DNA of 64,000 nucleotides from Marsupella aquatica (GCA_973895155.1 OZ316897.1:17032058-17096057); one strand, 5' to 3'. Positions 1 to 14,623 are shown, counted from the stretch's first letter. Notes: generated by a model not told the origin, from the sequence alone. Numbers and translations are program-made.

Positions 1-2
1 CT

Positions 3-1897
3 CTGGTCACTAATGAATACCAAGCTCTTCATCAGCATATGATAACAATTGTCAATCAGCAACAACAGGAGATTAAAGCAGCTGCGCAGGCGGCTTCTGC
101 TGTCGCTGCAGCAGCAACACCAGCTGGCCCCGGAGAGATCGTTCTGCTTGGACAACGAGCAAGTCCCCAAAGAAGCTTTCCTGCGGCTTCATCCCATTCC
201 GGAAGCCAGCGGTCACGAAGCCTCACTCCTCCAGATTCTGGAAGTGCTATGGTCTCGCAGGCTCCTGCCAGCAAGGTGAAGCCTGAATCCGGGAAAGTCC
301 CGATGGAAATGACTCAAGTTTCTCAGGAATTAAGAAAGAATTCCCGACAAACTACTGCTGGTGGACAGCGACCCTATGCTCAGGAAACAAAATCCCAATC
401 CTCAGAGCGAGATTCAGCTATGGAAACTAATGAGTCTCCCTCCCACGAAGAAACAGCTGTGTCTGAGGCTCAGGAACAGCCCCAGGGGTGGCCACCAAAT
501 AAAAGGATGAAGTCAGTCTTGCAGGATACTTCTGTCCGCAATGCCCGTGTTTCCGTGCGCACTCGAACGGAAGCTCCAACGGTAAGGGAGCTGGGAATTT
601 GAATACTTTTTCAGTTGATTTTCGCCGAATTGAATTCAGCAAATGCTTAGGGACGTCTTGCTTTACAACAGAAAATATTTTTGTCGGTTAGAATTTGGGC
701 TCTGAGCTTTCTTGATCGTTTACAGATGAACGATGGTTGCCAGTGGCGCAAATATGGACAAAAACTTGCTAAAGGAAATCCTTGCCCTCGCGCTTACTAT
801 CGCTGTACTGTCGCTCCTGGATGCCCAGTTCGGAAGCAGGTGAGCTATTTCGAACTCATCATGTATATGTATTATTCTCTCTGTTTCAGCTTAGGTTGGC
901 GTTGATTATGGGCATCATTATGGCATCGGTGCCAATTCTTTCAATGAAGGTGGGGGTTGTTAATTGCCATGTGAGTGGCGATAGATAGACCAACGACGAA
1001 ATCTGTGTCGTGCTCTTTCGAGGCGCTAGAACCTCCCACTCTAACTGGATCAGACGTCCCACTCTAACTGGATCAGACGTCTTCTGTCAAGTTCTCGATC
1101 GATGATACATGTGGCAACTATAGACAATATGGTCGTCTTGGATCTTTGGACATTGTCGACGGGCGATTGACGTATTCGTTCGAATATTCTTGTAGGTTCA
1201 AAGGTGTGCAGATGATCGGTCGATATTAACTACGACTTACGAAGGGACTCACAGTCATCCTCTGCCCGCGGCTGCTATGGCGATGGCCTCTACCACTTCT
1301 GCTGCCGCTGGGATGCTGCTGTCGGGTTCTTCCACAAGTAACGACAGAGGAGAAGGGGGCGAAAACGCCTACAACCTGGCGGCTACGCACTCGGTACCCA
1401 TGATGACCGCCTCGGCACCGTTCCCCACTATTACACTAGACCTGACCCGTAGTATGAACCCAGCCATAGATCAGATACACATTGATGCTGGCAACGCCAG
1501 CTCTCGGATGCCCTTTTCTTTTGCTTCTCAATCAGCTGGATTGCAGATGCACGCCGGAGCCATGTTAGGAGCAATTCAATCTCCTTATTATGCAGCTGCA
1601 CAGAAGCCCGCTACTGGTGCATTTCCCATTTACGCCAATCCTCTCGTAGTCCAACAACAACAGCAGCATGCGAGAGCAGGGCCCCCTCAACTTCTTGCTG
1701 ACAGCGTGACTGCAGCAACAGCCGCTATCACATCGGATCCGAACTTCACAGCCGCCCTAGCTGCGGCAATAACCTCTATGCTGAGCTCTCAAGCAGGTGG
1801 ACCGGTGGTAGGCGCTGGCAATGCAAGTCTTGGAGAAGTTCTTCGGGGTGCTCTTGGTGGACTTCCAGTTGCCACAGCGCATGCGAGAAAGGATTGA
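3..1897 (+). CDS. WRKY: WRKY transcription factor, group IIb (5'-partial); exons <3-581, 726-839, 1196-1897
   Basis: Spliced translation gives ...[13 protein letters not shown]|[38 protein letters not shown]|[24 protein letters not shown] (WRKYGQK + C-x5-C-x23-H-x-H). GT-AG introns at 582-725 and 840-1195 (V-type intron of groups IIa/b). Group IIb motifs [13 protein letters not shown] and [18 protein letters not shown] are present, and a coiled-coil remnant (EYQALHQH) lies at the window start. Confidence 0.96.
1035..1081. repeat. 23-bp tandem duplication in WRKY intron
   Basis: tcccactctaactggatcagacg x2. Confidence 0.9.
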
Positions 1898-4800
1898 CCA
1901 TCACCGAGAACAGTGCAATGCTTTTTGTTTGAAATTTGACGAATACCCAAGGATGGATATGCGGAGTCACTGCGTTGGACAGGATCCATTCCGGAAGGAT
2001 TGAATCCATGAGAGATGCACGTACGCGTGCATTTCCACAAGTTCTGGATCCTTTCGAACCTGAGCTACCTCCAAACTACCATTGACAATATTTGGGAGAA
2101 CTAGTTCATATCCGCGGCGAATTTTGTACATAGAGAAAATGTCTAGATCCCGTTATGGAAGATAGATTTCATCGGAGGCGCACACAAACAGTGAACATTT
2201 TTGGCTTCAGAGATCCTGCAGATGAGGTTGTAGAGTTTTCGTTTCGTGATAGCTGGACTGAATCACGTGTACATAGGTGTCAACACATTCTTTCCTCAGG
2301 CTAGCAACCTGCAGAGGTAACACATTTGTGTGGAGGTTACGTATCCGCACACGGATCATTAGGGAATGCACTTCGACTCAGATCGTGAACATCATTCTTG
2401 ATACAGCCAAGGACTACAACGACTAATCGTGTTCGCTTGAATATGCTGCATGAATCTAGAGCTTCTTAGGAAATGTGTGACGAGAAGGGTGGCGAGATGT
2501 ATGTTCGAAATCTTCCCTCGTCTGAATCATAGTTTTTGCGACAGTTCTAACTTCATTGCCATGGCAAAAGAACCCGAAAAACCGTGTTTTGGACCTTCCT
2601 AGTACAGTCGGCTGTGATTTCTCAATTAGCTTGCCTTTCTCACTGAGCGATAGATTGTCATTGTGTGAAATTTGTGTGCACACCTGAGTCCGTATGCCGA
2701 ATAGCAAATGTTGAACTCTTGCAAGTCGATTGAAGAATGTGGGGAAACTAATAAGTCAATAGTAGTGTCTCAAATTTTAACTGCACTGAGTAAATGAACG
2801 ATGGTCTTACGTTTCACGTTACTAGTTCCTTCTGTTACCATGTGTGTGTGCGTTGGGGGAGGGGGAGAACTCAAAGTCAGCATTGCGATAGTGAAATCCA
2901 CCGCGCACATGCGAAGAAGGGCAAGAATCGAAGGGGTGTATCACTAACTAATCCAAGTCTGGTTAGGGGACGAGCAAACGATAGCTCATACACCACGCTC
3001 ACTGTCTGCATATCCCTAGAAGAGACCTACTGTCATCCTACGTTGACGGCAGTTCGGTGTCGATCGATGGTATTTACTGTGCTGCATTTTGTGTCTGTTG
3101 TTACTTTCACGTTGACTATAATGATACAGTCCCGACGGTGCATTGTGCATCATGACAAGTAAGCTGTGCCGAAACGACCAACTGTGTAAACCCTGGCGAC
3201 CTGTCCCGCATTCTGACAAGTTGTCGAGGATTTCCTCGCAAAAGTCAGCCCTGAAATCTACTTTACCTCCGGAATCCGATCGTGTATATATTCATAATTA
3301 TTGATGCCGACGATGACCGAACGGAACGTTAATGGTTGAATGTGATGTGCTGACCACCACCTGTTCCAACTAATGAATGAGTCTCCGTTCAGGGCGAGTC
3401 TTACCGTTGGATCTCGGGTACTTCAATTATCACACTCCCACTATCGTTGCCACGATATGCCAGAAGTGAGAGTTGACTACAGTAGTAGATAATATTTCTT
3501 TTGTTTTCAGTGTGTCGGGTTGTGAACTGGAGTACTGTTTTTCCAAGAATGAATTCGAGAACAAATCCACGGTAGTAATGTACATAAAACTTACAAAAGT
3601 GCAAAAAATAATAATAGTCGAATCAGACGACTAAACCAAGAAGGATAACCTCTGTCATGTGGAATGGCTCGGTTTACAGTAACAGAAATGGTCAACAAAG
3701 ACTTGACTTAGTTTACCTCTAGAGGTCAGACGTGCAAACCGATGTAGAATCAATCGAGGGTTGCTGTAACACAGTCATCCTCAGAGCGATTTGCCCTCGA
3801 TCTCCAAAGCATTAATTATCTTGAGAGGTAAAGTGAAAACCGTCAACGCAATCCATGGTCCCTATCATAGATTAATGATTTGTTTGGCGGCCACAGATTG
3901 CTCGCGTTCCATATTCCGCAATGCATTTATGAATTGGCGGTAGTCGATGCACAATCAGTCATTCTCATCTACAGGTACCGCAAATGATACTAGGAGATCT
4001 GTTGTAATGGGGAGTCTCCACGCAGGACTTGGCGATGAATGACGCACTGGCCATGACCGCAGTTGACGATGATACATTGATGCTACAATATCAAGGCCTC
4101 ATCCCAGGACCTCGGAACCAGGACAAATGCAGTAGAAACGGAAACAAATAATGTTAATGAAAGTTTAGGTTACTTCAGGCTGAGAACCTTCGACTTGCAT
4201 CGTCTGGGAGATTTTTAACTGTTTTCGAAGCACACTTTCTGGAAAGAAAGCGTCTAAAAGTCACCAGCTCCAAATGCATTTGTTTTTTCTCTCACCTGAT
4301 TTATTTGTTTCTTCTCTCACCTGATTCAGAGTCTACAATTCACGGTAAGTGAAGACCCCTCGCAAGATATCCTACTAAGGTGGCAACAAACTTTCATTGT
4401 GAGCAAGGGACACTGGCGGCCAGACTGTACACTCGAACCTTCTTGGAACAGAAAATGTTTCCGAATGGTAGTGGCCATTTTAGACGGAGCCCTCGCATGA
4501 ACCGGAACAGGCGTTTGACAATCCAGCCCGCAAACTCGGGACTCGTTTTGAACCCAGCGCATCAAGATTAATAAGACTGGTCACGTGTTTTATTTTATAG
4601 GTCGGATTGTCCATCTGAATTACGGCCTACAGAGGTCTGTAACCAGATACAGTCATGCACATTACAATACATGGAAGCAAAGGGGGAGACTATTGTCGCG
4701 CTTAGTGGTGGGTCACTTGGCTAGGAATTGTAGTGTGCTTTAATAAGTCCTTCCCTAAGAAATTTTTGTGGGTGATCCAGGCCCGCACCTACACTATTTC

Positions 4801-7316
4801 TTAGAATTTGTGCAACTGTATCGACATGGTAGCTCCAGCGACATAAGGGAATCGCTTTCGATATCGCCAGCATTGAAGATTTCCCAGTGTCGTGGTCATG
4901 TGAGTCTTTGGTGTCGTGGCATGTAGCCACGAAGGGCCAACCTGTAAGTTCGCTCTCGCTGTCAATTTGCGGTCCTGTGTCTGATCGCGATTGATCCGTG
5001 GCTTAACGATCTGCCGTTACTTGGATACGGGAAAATTAGACATAGAGTTACGAGTCCAGACTGATTTATGGTCTGGTCTCAGCCCCTGGTTTGTTAATAA
5101 TTATAACCACTAAGTATCTCCAATACTCGAAGGCTCAGCCAAATCTTGTTGTAGGAACGGCCCGCCCCTACACTGTAGACAACCAGCCCGCCAACTGGCT
5201 CGAAGGTCCCGAGGAGGGGAACACCTTTGATAGTAGTGGTTAGCCAGGATTCGGATTAGAACACACCAAAGGAGAAAGTCAAATCTGGTGAGGAAGACTC
5301 AACACCACTGCGTTGGTTCGAAGCGTATCGAAAGGATTTGGGACTAATGAGTTAGGCAGTAGTTATTTACGAATTCGATCTGAAGTAATTCCCAGCCTGC
5401 TGCTGTGATGAGGGCTAGATAAACTAGAACGAAGGTCGTCGCTATTTTCCAGCATTCACCAAGTAAGGCCATCTCAAGGCTCATTATGACAACTCCCGTA
5501 CTTTGCTGCCTGCGTTACACTTCTGCTGCCCTCAGATTTGTTCCAAGTGTGATGAGCTGTGAATTGACCCCACTTTTTGGTGGGATGTGTATTTAAAGGG
5601 CTGTCGTCCATAGGGTTCGAGTCCACTACTGGCCTGCCCCCGTTCCAATGGTCTACCATTGCACAAGCATATACAGTAGCAATAGTCAGCATCGCAATAA
5701 TACCAGTATCTAACTCACTATGAGGGTCAAAAGGCACAGGCAGGTAAGGGCAGAAATGAATTACCCTTGACATTGCGTTTCGTTCCTATTTTTCCAGCTG
5801 ACACTAGATTGCTTGCTTCTCAAATATTTGCGTGAAAGATTATATCCACGGTTGTCAGTCATCGTCTTCTTTTTTGAAAGTGAGTGCGTCAGCATCGATC
5901 GTGCGCTTCCAAAGCGACTGTATCAGCAATGAATCAGCATCACTCATGTTGTCACAACTCGCACTTGCAGTGTACCACCACTTTGTGCACCCGTCTCTGC
6001 TTAATTAATGAATTGCCATGTACGCTATAGTATGTACGCGGTAAAGCAAAGGTTAAAAGAGCTATCTCCCTCCAGGCGTGGAGTGTTTCTCCAATAATAA
6101 TATCGATACAGTTCCACTTATCGCTGTACCGCAGGTTGGCCATACGTGCAAATGACGGGTAAATCTCTCGCCATCTTCGACCTCCTTTCCGTACTTATCT
6201 TCCCCGCAGATCCGGGATTCTCGTTTCCATCGACTCAAAGCTGTGCCTCTTGGAAGCTCCCACGGCATCATGGAGTGATTGGAGTCACTGGAATAGTGGA
6301 ATCATTGACTTCAGTCAGAAGACAGATGAATGTGCTTTCTTCGATTACCTTTTTGAGCGCTGTCATTCGGTGGAAGGAGTCCGAAGCCTAGTCAGCTCCT
6401 GAAGACCTTTAAGGCAGGGTGCTGGAGGATTCACTTTCTGCCATGCCTCAAAGCCCAACGTACGACAAGCTGCTATGTATGGATTTTTCGATGAGATCAC
6501 TTCAATCCAACTTTATACGGCAATTGCGGCCAAAAGCGAGAGAGAAACTTCTTCCAAAGGTCCGATTTGTGGCCCATGAATGGCAGCGAAAGAGACGGGC
6601 CGGCAGCCTCTCTTTTGCTACAGAAAACGTGCCGTTCACGGGGCTTGGTTTAACTTACTCTGCAGACTAGTGTAGTGACGGCATTTTTTTTAAAAGCTTG
6701 TATGCTTCGTTAGCTTTATCTTTATCTTCTTTATCTTATGCCCAGACCTTCGGGATTTTTTCCTTTTTGGGGTCGAGAAATGTATCAACTCATTGTCAAG
6801 ATGATCTGTTACTTTTACTAAAATCAGTAGAGACTAAAAATAACTTAGTCCGTAAAATGTATAAAGGTCTGTTTACCAGATCGTTATGGGCAATAAAAGC
6901 CAATTAAACCTAGAGGAAACTTTATTTTGGGGGCGCATTATATCTTATACTACTACTATGTTCTCGACTATGTCCTGAGCAAACAATGCCTTACTACATA
7001 ACGTAAATGAAGGTGACTGCATTCATGCCTGCCCAAAGCACCTTTAGTAAACAAATACCTTACATCATTTCCATAGACTCGCCTATCCCCAATCCTTATT
7101 GTGTCGTGACATATAGTATCGTAGCCATAGTGTATCGAAAACATACAAGTCACCTGCAATGCATGTGTGTAAGCTGCTAGCAACCAACATCCTTAGAAAA
7201 AGTCCAATCACATTCACAAGTGCCAAGAAAAAGCAACTGAGGTGGTATGTACGTAGTGGAGGTGTAAACCTCTGTATCCCCCCCAGACCACAGCCAAAAG
7301 GAGGGCTGAAGAAAAT

Positions 7317-10300
7317 TCAGGTAGCACGTGGAGCACAGGAAGGGCAAAACCATAACCCTTCTGGCACCTGGGTAAGTTCAAGCCGAAGGCAGAAAAGATG
7401 GTACCCTCCATTGCAATTATCACATAGCAGCATCTAGTCAGCATCGTCAATTCGCAAACAGACTTTGCAAGGGTAGTCCACAGGTGGAATCTAGGTAGAA
7501 GTCACAATGGTGGGATCCAGGTTGGGCAGATGACAAGGGGCGCAATTCTTGGCATTGTCAGCAATTGTGCGCCCATCTGCCCCTTGTAACTCTAGCACTC
7601 CAGACGGTCAAATAGCCTTAACCCTGAGAATGGTACGACTGGTAGAGGTGTCCAGGGTGTCGTTAGCTTGCCGCTGCAAGTACACAAAATCTCCCACATC
7701 AAACTTCCTGACCTTGGGCTTAAATGTGCCCCCTCGTGTGTGTGCATAACGCAGTGTGTCTCTGTGTTGTGCAATGGCCAAATTCTCCATGGCCATGGGC
7801 ATAACCCTCCTGAATAGGGCAGCCCTCTCAGAGATCACATCAGACCAAGTCACAGCTGAATCCAAGTCCACCACCTGAAGCATGTGAGCAGCAATAGCAG
7901 AAGGTGGAACTGGGTGACGACCAAACAACAAGAAGTAGGGAGAAAAGTTAGATAGTGATGCATGTCTGGACATCCTATACCCCATGGCAATGTAGGGTAA
8001 GGCCAGGTCCCAATCCTCCTTGTTTTTGGTGAGGCAGATCTTCCAGAGGCCCTTCTTGCATGTCTGAACCATGCGCTCTGCCAAGCCATCTGCCTGTGGG
8101 TGATCTCGTGATGTTCGACGATGATCAATGAGGGCCTGATCAAGCAGCTCCTGGAACTCTCCTCTAAACTCTGAGCCCTTGTCAGTGAGACATTATGCAC
8201 AAGCTCCAACGCGGCTGAGAACTTGTTGTAGGAATGCCTGGCAGGTGCTACGGGAGGTCTTATCTGGCAATGCCACAAGTTCTATCCACTTGGAGAAATG
8301 CTCTATCATGATCATGATGTAGAGATTACCCCAAGATGTGAGGGGTAATTCTCCAGCCAAATCACATGACCAACGATAAAACATGCCCTGAATAGGGAGT
8401 GGATGAAGTGTGAGTTGCCGAGATGTGAAAGAAGTCCTTACCCTATCACACTGCTCACACCGGGCAATAACATCTCGAACCTGGCCATGCATACCTCGCC
8501 AATGATAATGGGGGACCAAGAGGCTATAAGTCCTCTTAACACCAAAATGACCCAGCTCAGAATGTACCTTACGGATAAGGCCAATCCTCTCATGAATGGG
8601 TGGAACCACCACTTCCCTGTCTGGCAAGCAGCGCACAAGATGATCTCCCTTCCACAAGTAGCGCTTGGACCTTTGCTGAATTTGGTCTCTCTGGGCAGCA
8701 GTAACATGGGTGGGGTACTCCCCATGCTGCAGAAATCTCAGAGTGTCGCTGTCCTCCCATATGTCCACCACAGGTTGGTCAACAACGTAGCATGGCAGCA
8801 AAGCAAGATAGGTAGATGCATGAAATGTAGGCAGAATGGAAACCTGGTCAAAATCCTGCCGTGCATATGAGGAATCATCAGAGGCAATCAAAGGGCTGCG
8901 GGACATAGTGTCAGCATTTTGATGTATCACACCAGGCCTATGAATTACCTCAAAATCACACTCCTGGAGTATGAGCGCCCAACCAGCAAGCTTGCCAGTA
9001 AGCTTGTCGTTGGTCATCAACCACTTCAAGGGCTGGTGGTCTGTGTAGAGAACAAACCTGGTCCCATAGAGGTAGGGCCTGTAATGTATGACAGCCCACA
9101 CAACAGCAAGGCATTCACCCTCATAAGAAGAATAATGACTCTCTGCCTAATTGTTGCTCCTGGATGCATAGGCAATGACGTACTCTTTACCTTCCTCATC
9201 ATGCTGGCCCAGAATGGCACCAATCCCAAGGGCACTCCAATCTGTGTGTAGCACAAAGACCTTGCTGAAATCAGGTCTTCTCAGCACCGGGTATTCTAAG
9301 AGCTTCTTCTTCAAAGTGGCAAATGCTGCGTCAACATCTGTACTCCATGTCCAAGTCACATTCTTTTTCAACAAAACATACAATGGGTGTGCAATGGTAC
9401 TGAAATCTTTGATGTAGATCCGGTAGTAATTGCACAACCCAATAAAGCTCCTAAGAGTGTGAACATCAGTAGGAGTGGGCATTTCCAAGATGGATACCAC
9501 CTTGGCCCAGTGAGCCATGGTTCCATTTGGAAGAATGCGGTGCCCAAGGTATACTACTGATCTGACAGCAAATTCACACTTCTTGGGGTGTATCTTTAGG
9601 TTCACCTTCTTAAGCCTCATGAATAGCTCTTCAAGGTCAAGTAGATGCTGGTCAAATCCTTTGATGTGGACCAACACATCATCAATGTAGCATTTCATAA
9701 ACTCAGCACCTTGAAGAACCTGGTCCATGACTCTTTGAAAGAATATATATGGGCGCATTCTTCAAGCCAAATGGCATCACCAACCACTCCCATAGTTGGT
9801 TACTACCATGGAAAGCTGTTTTCTTGTGGTCCTTTGCAAGTAGCAAAATCTGGTTAAAGCCTTGCCTTAGATCCACAAGAGTGAAGATGTCTGAGTCTCC
9901 AATGCTGTCAAATAGCTCCTCTGGCCGTGGCATGGGGTACCTGTCTTGGGGTGTGACTAGGTTCAGTGGCCTGTAGTCCCCACACATGCGCTTCTCTATC
10001 CACAATCCACTGGAATCCTTCTTTGCTGGCATCACTGTAGCTGCTGCAAAATCTGATGTGGATGGCTGAATAAGACCAGCTTCATAGAGCTCTTGGCACC
10101 TCTCATCCACCAGCTGCCACTCATGCTTACTCAAACGATGTCTCCGCCTGAAGATAGGTGTTTCATCAGCCAACTCAATGGAGAACTGCATAGTCTTGCA
10201 CTTACCCAAGTCCTTCATAGAGAAAGCAAACACGTTCTCATGCTTGAGGAGCAAATTCAGCAACTGGTCCTTCTGTCTTTTACTCAGGTGGTTACCCATG

Positions 10301-11498
10301 ATGAATGTGTAGTTGGCAACACTAGGAATAGGACCTGATGTACTCGTGCTTGAAGAGCCAGAAGTGCCAGCCTCTCCACTGTCCAAGCTGCTAGCATGCT
10401 GCTGATAAGGTGATGAGGCCTCTCCAAGGCCTCTTGTACCTGCTGATCTGAGTTGGTCCACACCATGAAACTCAGAAATATTGTCAGCTACGTTACAAGG
10501 GACCTCCTCCCCCCCAACACTTGGACTGAAGCGGTGAGTGTTGAATAGAGGTAAGTGCACCTGGTCTGGATGCCATGTAGCAGCACCATGGAGTGGTAGA
10601 GCTAGAACTCCAGATGCTGGATGAATGTACATCTGAAAAAGGATGCAAGTGACCAGAAGCCAAGTGAGAGCATTAAGATCCATTACCCTACCAAGTAAAG
10701 CATTCCTGACCAGCCTGGTGATTTGGGTGTGGCCTGTAGTACAGGATTGGAAGCCCATAGCCCGTTCTCTCTCCTCAGGACTAGGTTCATCCCAAGTACC
10801 GGTAGAATGTCGATAAACCAGGCCAGGACCATCACCCTGAAAGGCATGTGCACCTGGAAAGGATACAAATGTAGACCAAGCAACACGGGGCTGTCCAATG
10901 GTATTGGCTGGATACCAAGGTGCTGGCTCTTGCCGTGTAACTGGTTGGAAAGAACTGTTAGGATCCAAAATCTGGTCCACTATGAGGTTAGTGTCCCTAG
11001 ATGTGTGGCGAAGAGCTAACTCCAATAAGGAAGGTGGTGCAAGGTTAGTCCAAAAGTTACGAAGACGATGTGCATAAGAACCACAGTGTACTGCATCAAT
11101 GAGAAGGGGTGGTCCCAAGTAGTGTTGGACCACATTGAAATCCTCCTTGACCTGTGGACGCTGGTCAAACTGAGATGGAGTATTCTCAATGATATAACCA
11201 ACAGCAGGATAAAGGGATTGAGCCCAAGTGAGAATCTGAACCAATGCTGTGAAAGGCCAGAACGAGAATCATGCAGTCCAGCACCGTGACCAGCAGCTGA
11301 ATACCCTTGGCATTCCCAACCAGCTATGATCAAATCAAGGGAGCCAAGAAGGGTTAAGTGCCGGTGCTAGACAAGCTGGATATCTCGAGGAAAGAAAGAA
11401 AATGCAGACTTCCATGCACTGTGTGGAAACTGCTGGGGAAATTGCTCTGAAAATTCCAGTAGACGGGATTCAGCCACTTGCCTTGCACCTGGATCAAT
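7317..11498 (-). pseudogene. pol: Disrupted pol of copy 1: C-terminal part of C5-DNMT, RT, RNase H, integrase, PHD
   Basis: Motifs GWECQGYS, IIENTP, RMCGDYRPLN, CYIDDVLV, LHTDWS, integrase H-H-C-C and WSCDLAG, MAERMVQT. Stops and a frameshift near 9745. Relative to copy 2, internal deletions at ~11498 (protease and DNMT motif I) and ~11999 (most of gag). Confidence 0.93.
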
Positions 11499-11683
11499 GG
11501 ATGAAGAATGGAGTGAGCCCTCTAGCGCTCTCATGACAACTCTAGCATCCAGCTGTAAATCATGGCAACTGAAAAGTGGAGTTGTAAGAATCCTTTGTGC
11601 TATACCGGAGGTGAAATGCTCAAGCAGCTTAGGAGAAACAACTCCCTGTGAAATGTCAGCAGCACCTGGTGGTGGAATGGATG

Positions 11684-11980
11684 CTCGGGGGTCTCACTAC
11701 ATGGGGACCTCCCCATCACCTGCGACGTTTTTAGGCCTTGGACCCCCTAAAATGTAAGAAAAAAATATTATTTTTTAACCCCTATAAAGTTGGAATATTC
11801 TTAGAATATTCCAAAAATTGGATTAAAAAGGCCCTAATGTTCTTATAAGTCTCAAAATTGAATTTAAAAGACCCTATTGTTCTTCTACAAAAATTCTTAA
11901 GTCTTCCCTTACAACCAATAAAATGACCCTATCCTTCGTCGCACGTGATATGCCATTTTTGTGGAAGTGAAACCCCCGAG
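11684..11980 (+). mobile_element. ~296-bp MITE, TIR CTCGGGGGT(C/T)TCACT, 8-bp TSD
   Basis: TSD AATGGATG on both sides. The empty site is visible in copy 2 (ggaatggatgtagctgcagc, ~52372-52391). Near-identical copies at 13464-13759 and 57410-57705. Confidence 0.95.
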
Positions 11981-12889
11981 AATGGATGTAGCTGCAGCTG
12001 GCATCCATGCTGTATATCGGTGAAGCAGAAATAACCACTAATGCAGAAGGGGTAAATGGCAATGAAGTGATAGCAGGCTTCAGAGTAGTGGTGAAGCGAC
12101 TGCCAAATATAGCAGAAGGATTGTGTGGTGTGGGTGCTGCTGCTGTCTGCTGACGTCGTCGAAATTGCCGAGACTCCAATAAAATTGGCACCAATGGTCG
12201 TGGATCACTCCGTAAGTGGTACCGGGGTGTTGGTGGCGATGAGCTGCTACCTCCTGGCTCGTCGGCTGACATGCTGCATGCTCACCCGGGGTGCCAATGG
12301 GAAAGAAATTGACAAGAAAAAGAAGTGGCAGGCCCAAGGCTAGGAAATAAACCCACAAAGGAAACAAACGGTGCAAGGCAGCAATGTGTAGAATGTGTAA
12401 ACACACAGAAAAACCATCGGCAAAGAAAAGACCCTTAAAAACTCCAATTATACCGGTGTTGTGCTTGCTGGATTGACTATCTGATGAATATGCCGGGCCC
12501 TCAGCTTTATGCAGATGACATGTGGCGGCAGCAAAGAAATCCGGAAAATTGGGCCCTTAAAAACATAAACCTGGGACCCCCTTAAGTGTATACATCGGCC
12601 CTTTCAAATGTATAAATATGGGGCCCGGTTAAGTGTATACATCGGGCCCCGATGTGGACCCGGGAAGTAGCAAGCAAGACGGAAAAGAGACCGGGCACGC
12701 GTCGGCAGCAAAATGGTCGTAGTGGGGACCGGCCGCGGTGCCCTATGTACATGCCCTCATGGGAGTCGAAAGACCCTCGCGCAGCGGGCGAGCGACCACG
12801 GAGGAATGGGGGGAAAAAGACGAAACCCAAGGCGAGGCGAGAGAAAAGAAAAACGGCCTTAATTGCTCCAGCCCTGCAAAGGGCTTCGT

Positions 12890-13400
12890 GCCATACGCCC
12901 TCCTTAGTCCTTATGAGCTCCCGAAAAGGGAGGCTATGAGCTCCCCCTCAATCCACTCCTTAAATGCTTCCGTGCCTGGCAGAGTGGCAGAAGGACTCCA
13001 GGGAAAGGAGTCAAATGTAACTCCCCCCTTCTTTAATTCTCCATAGGGCCTCGTGCCCTCCTTGCGCTTCAGCTCCCTCTCCTCCTTGCTTTCGCTTGTG
13101 CTTGGCTGCCCCTCCCCCTGCTTTAATGCTGCTTAGGGCCTCGTGCCCTCTCCTGGCACTCTCGCTCCCCCTTTAATGCTTCATAGGGCCTCGTGCCCTC
13201 TCCCTGCACTCGTGCTTTGGCTCCCCCTCCCCCTTTAACGCTGCTGAAAGTGGGCTCTGTGCCCTGCAGGACGACTCCGAGAGAGGGAGTCAAATGTACT
13301 CCCCCTTTAATGCAGCATAGGGCTTTGCGCCCCCCTTTCGCTTCCCCCTCCCCTTGTTAATTCTCCAGAGGCCTCTGTGCCTTCTCCTCTTGGCTCCCGG
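12890..13400. repeat. Degenerate ~50-60-bp tandem repeats in the 5' leader of copy 1
   Basis: Recurring cccc(t)tttaatgc...atagggcctcgtgccctc units, about 7 copies; a shorter version is at ~54745-54880 in copy 2. Confidence 0.75.
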
Positions 13401-13463
13401 CTTGTACTCGCTACCCCAAAAGAATCATTAAAATGTAAGGCGAAAGGTGAAGGGAAAGAAAAT

Positions 13464-13759
13464 CTCGGGGGTTTCACTTCCACAAAAATGACATATCATG
13501 TGCGACGAAGGATAGGGTCATTTTATTGGTTCTAAGGGAAGACTTAAGAATTTTTGTAGAAGAACAATAGGGTCTTTTAAATTCAATTTTGAGACTTATA
13601 AGAACATTAGGGTCTTTTTAATCAAATTTTTAGAATATTCCAAGTATATTCTAACTTTATAGGGGTTAAAAAATATAAAAAATTCTTACATTTTAGGGGG
13701 TCCGAGGCCTAAAAACGTCGTAGGCGATGGGGAGGTCCCCATGTAGTGAGACCCCCGAG
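13464..13759 (-). mobile_element. ~296-bp MITE (same family), 8-bp TSD
   Basis: ctcgggggtttcact ... agtgagacccccgag; TSD AAGAAAAT. Confidence 0.95.
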
Positions 13760-14623
13760 AAGAAAATGAGGGGAAGAAATGGGCGCGCGGCCCTATGCAC
13801 TTGGGAGGTATTCGCGAGGTGGTCGAGGCAGCGACGAGGTGGTCACGCTGCGGCCGAGGTAGGATGCAGCCGTGGCCGGCAAAAGAAACACCAAAAAAAT
13901 GGCCCGAAAAAGGTCGTGGCAGGCGCTAAAGCAGCATTTGGCAGCGGCCGGAAATGAAAAACCGTGAAAGCAAAGTGCGAAGGAAAAGAGGGAGGGGGGG
14001 GCTGTTTGACTTAAGTGTATATACTTAAGTGTATACACAAAAGCCATAACTTCCACCCCATCGCTCAACGTTTTTCCATAGAAATTGCACCGGCATCAAT
14101 GGAAAAGTGTCAACTATCTTGAGCAATTGAGAAGCACAGTGTCTCTGATCTTCTTCCCTTCACCGCTAACCCGACGACAGTTCTTCTTGAATAAAAGGCG
14201 TAAGAGAAACAATCGTATTGAAATCGAACCGAAAACCGGCGGGATGCCAAGATCGGTCGGGAGCATCTAACGAATCACTGTGTGAATTCCGTGTACAAAA
14301 CTGACAAGCACTGTCTGAGCTCTGTCAACAGCGATTCAAGAAGAACTGAAAAACGGCAAAGAAAAACATGCCCTAAGTAGGACCGGGTCCAGGCATCACA
14401 CTAACAAACATCTTTGCTTCAAGAACGGCCCAGGCTCGCTACAAGAACATGACACTAACTCAAATAGTACACTAGCCCTAACTACATACCTAGCGGGCAT
14501 GCGAGGGACATGCCGATGTGCACAAGAGGCACTGTCCCTCGGCATGACAATTGCATCATTTCCATAGACTCGCCTATCCCCAATCCTTATTTCCAGTATT
14601 GTCAACTTTAGTTACACCCCTAA

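Larger units (their letters stand above)
7102..14549 (-). mobile_element. Ty3/Gypsy-type DNMT/PHD retrotransposon, copy 1 (degenerate; A-[internal]-B form, no terminal redundancy)
   Basis: Termini tgtcgtgaca (7102) and ggcatgaca (14549) with a 4-bp TSD ATTG (7098-7101 / 14550-14553). B repeat 7102-7277, PPT (C7 on +) 7278-7284, A repeat 14191-14549. RT/RNase H/integrase ORF fragments are colinear with 46899-54247. Confidence 0.93.
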
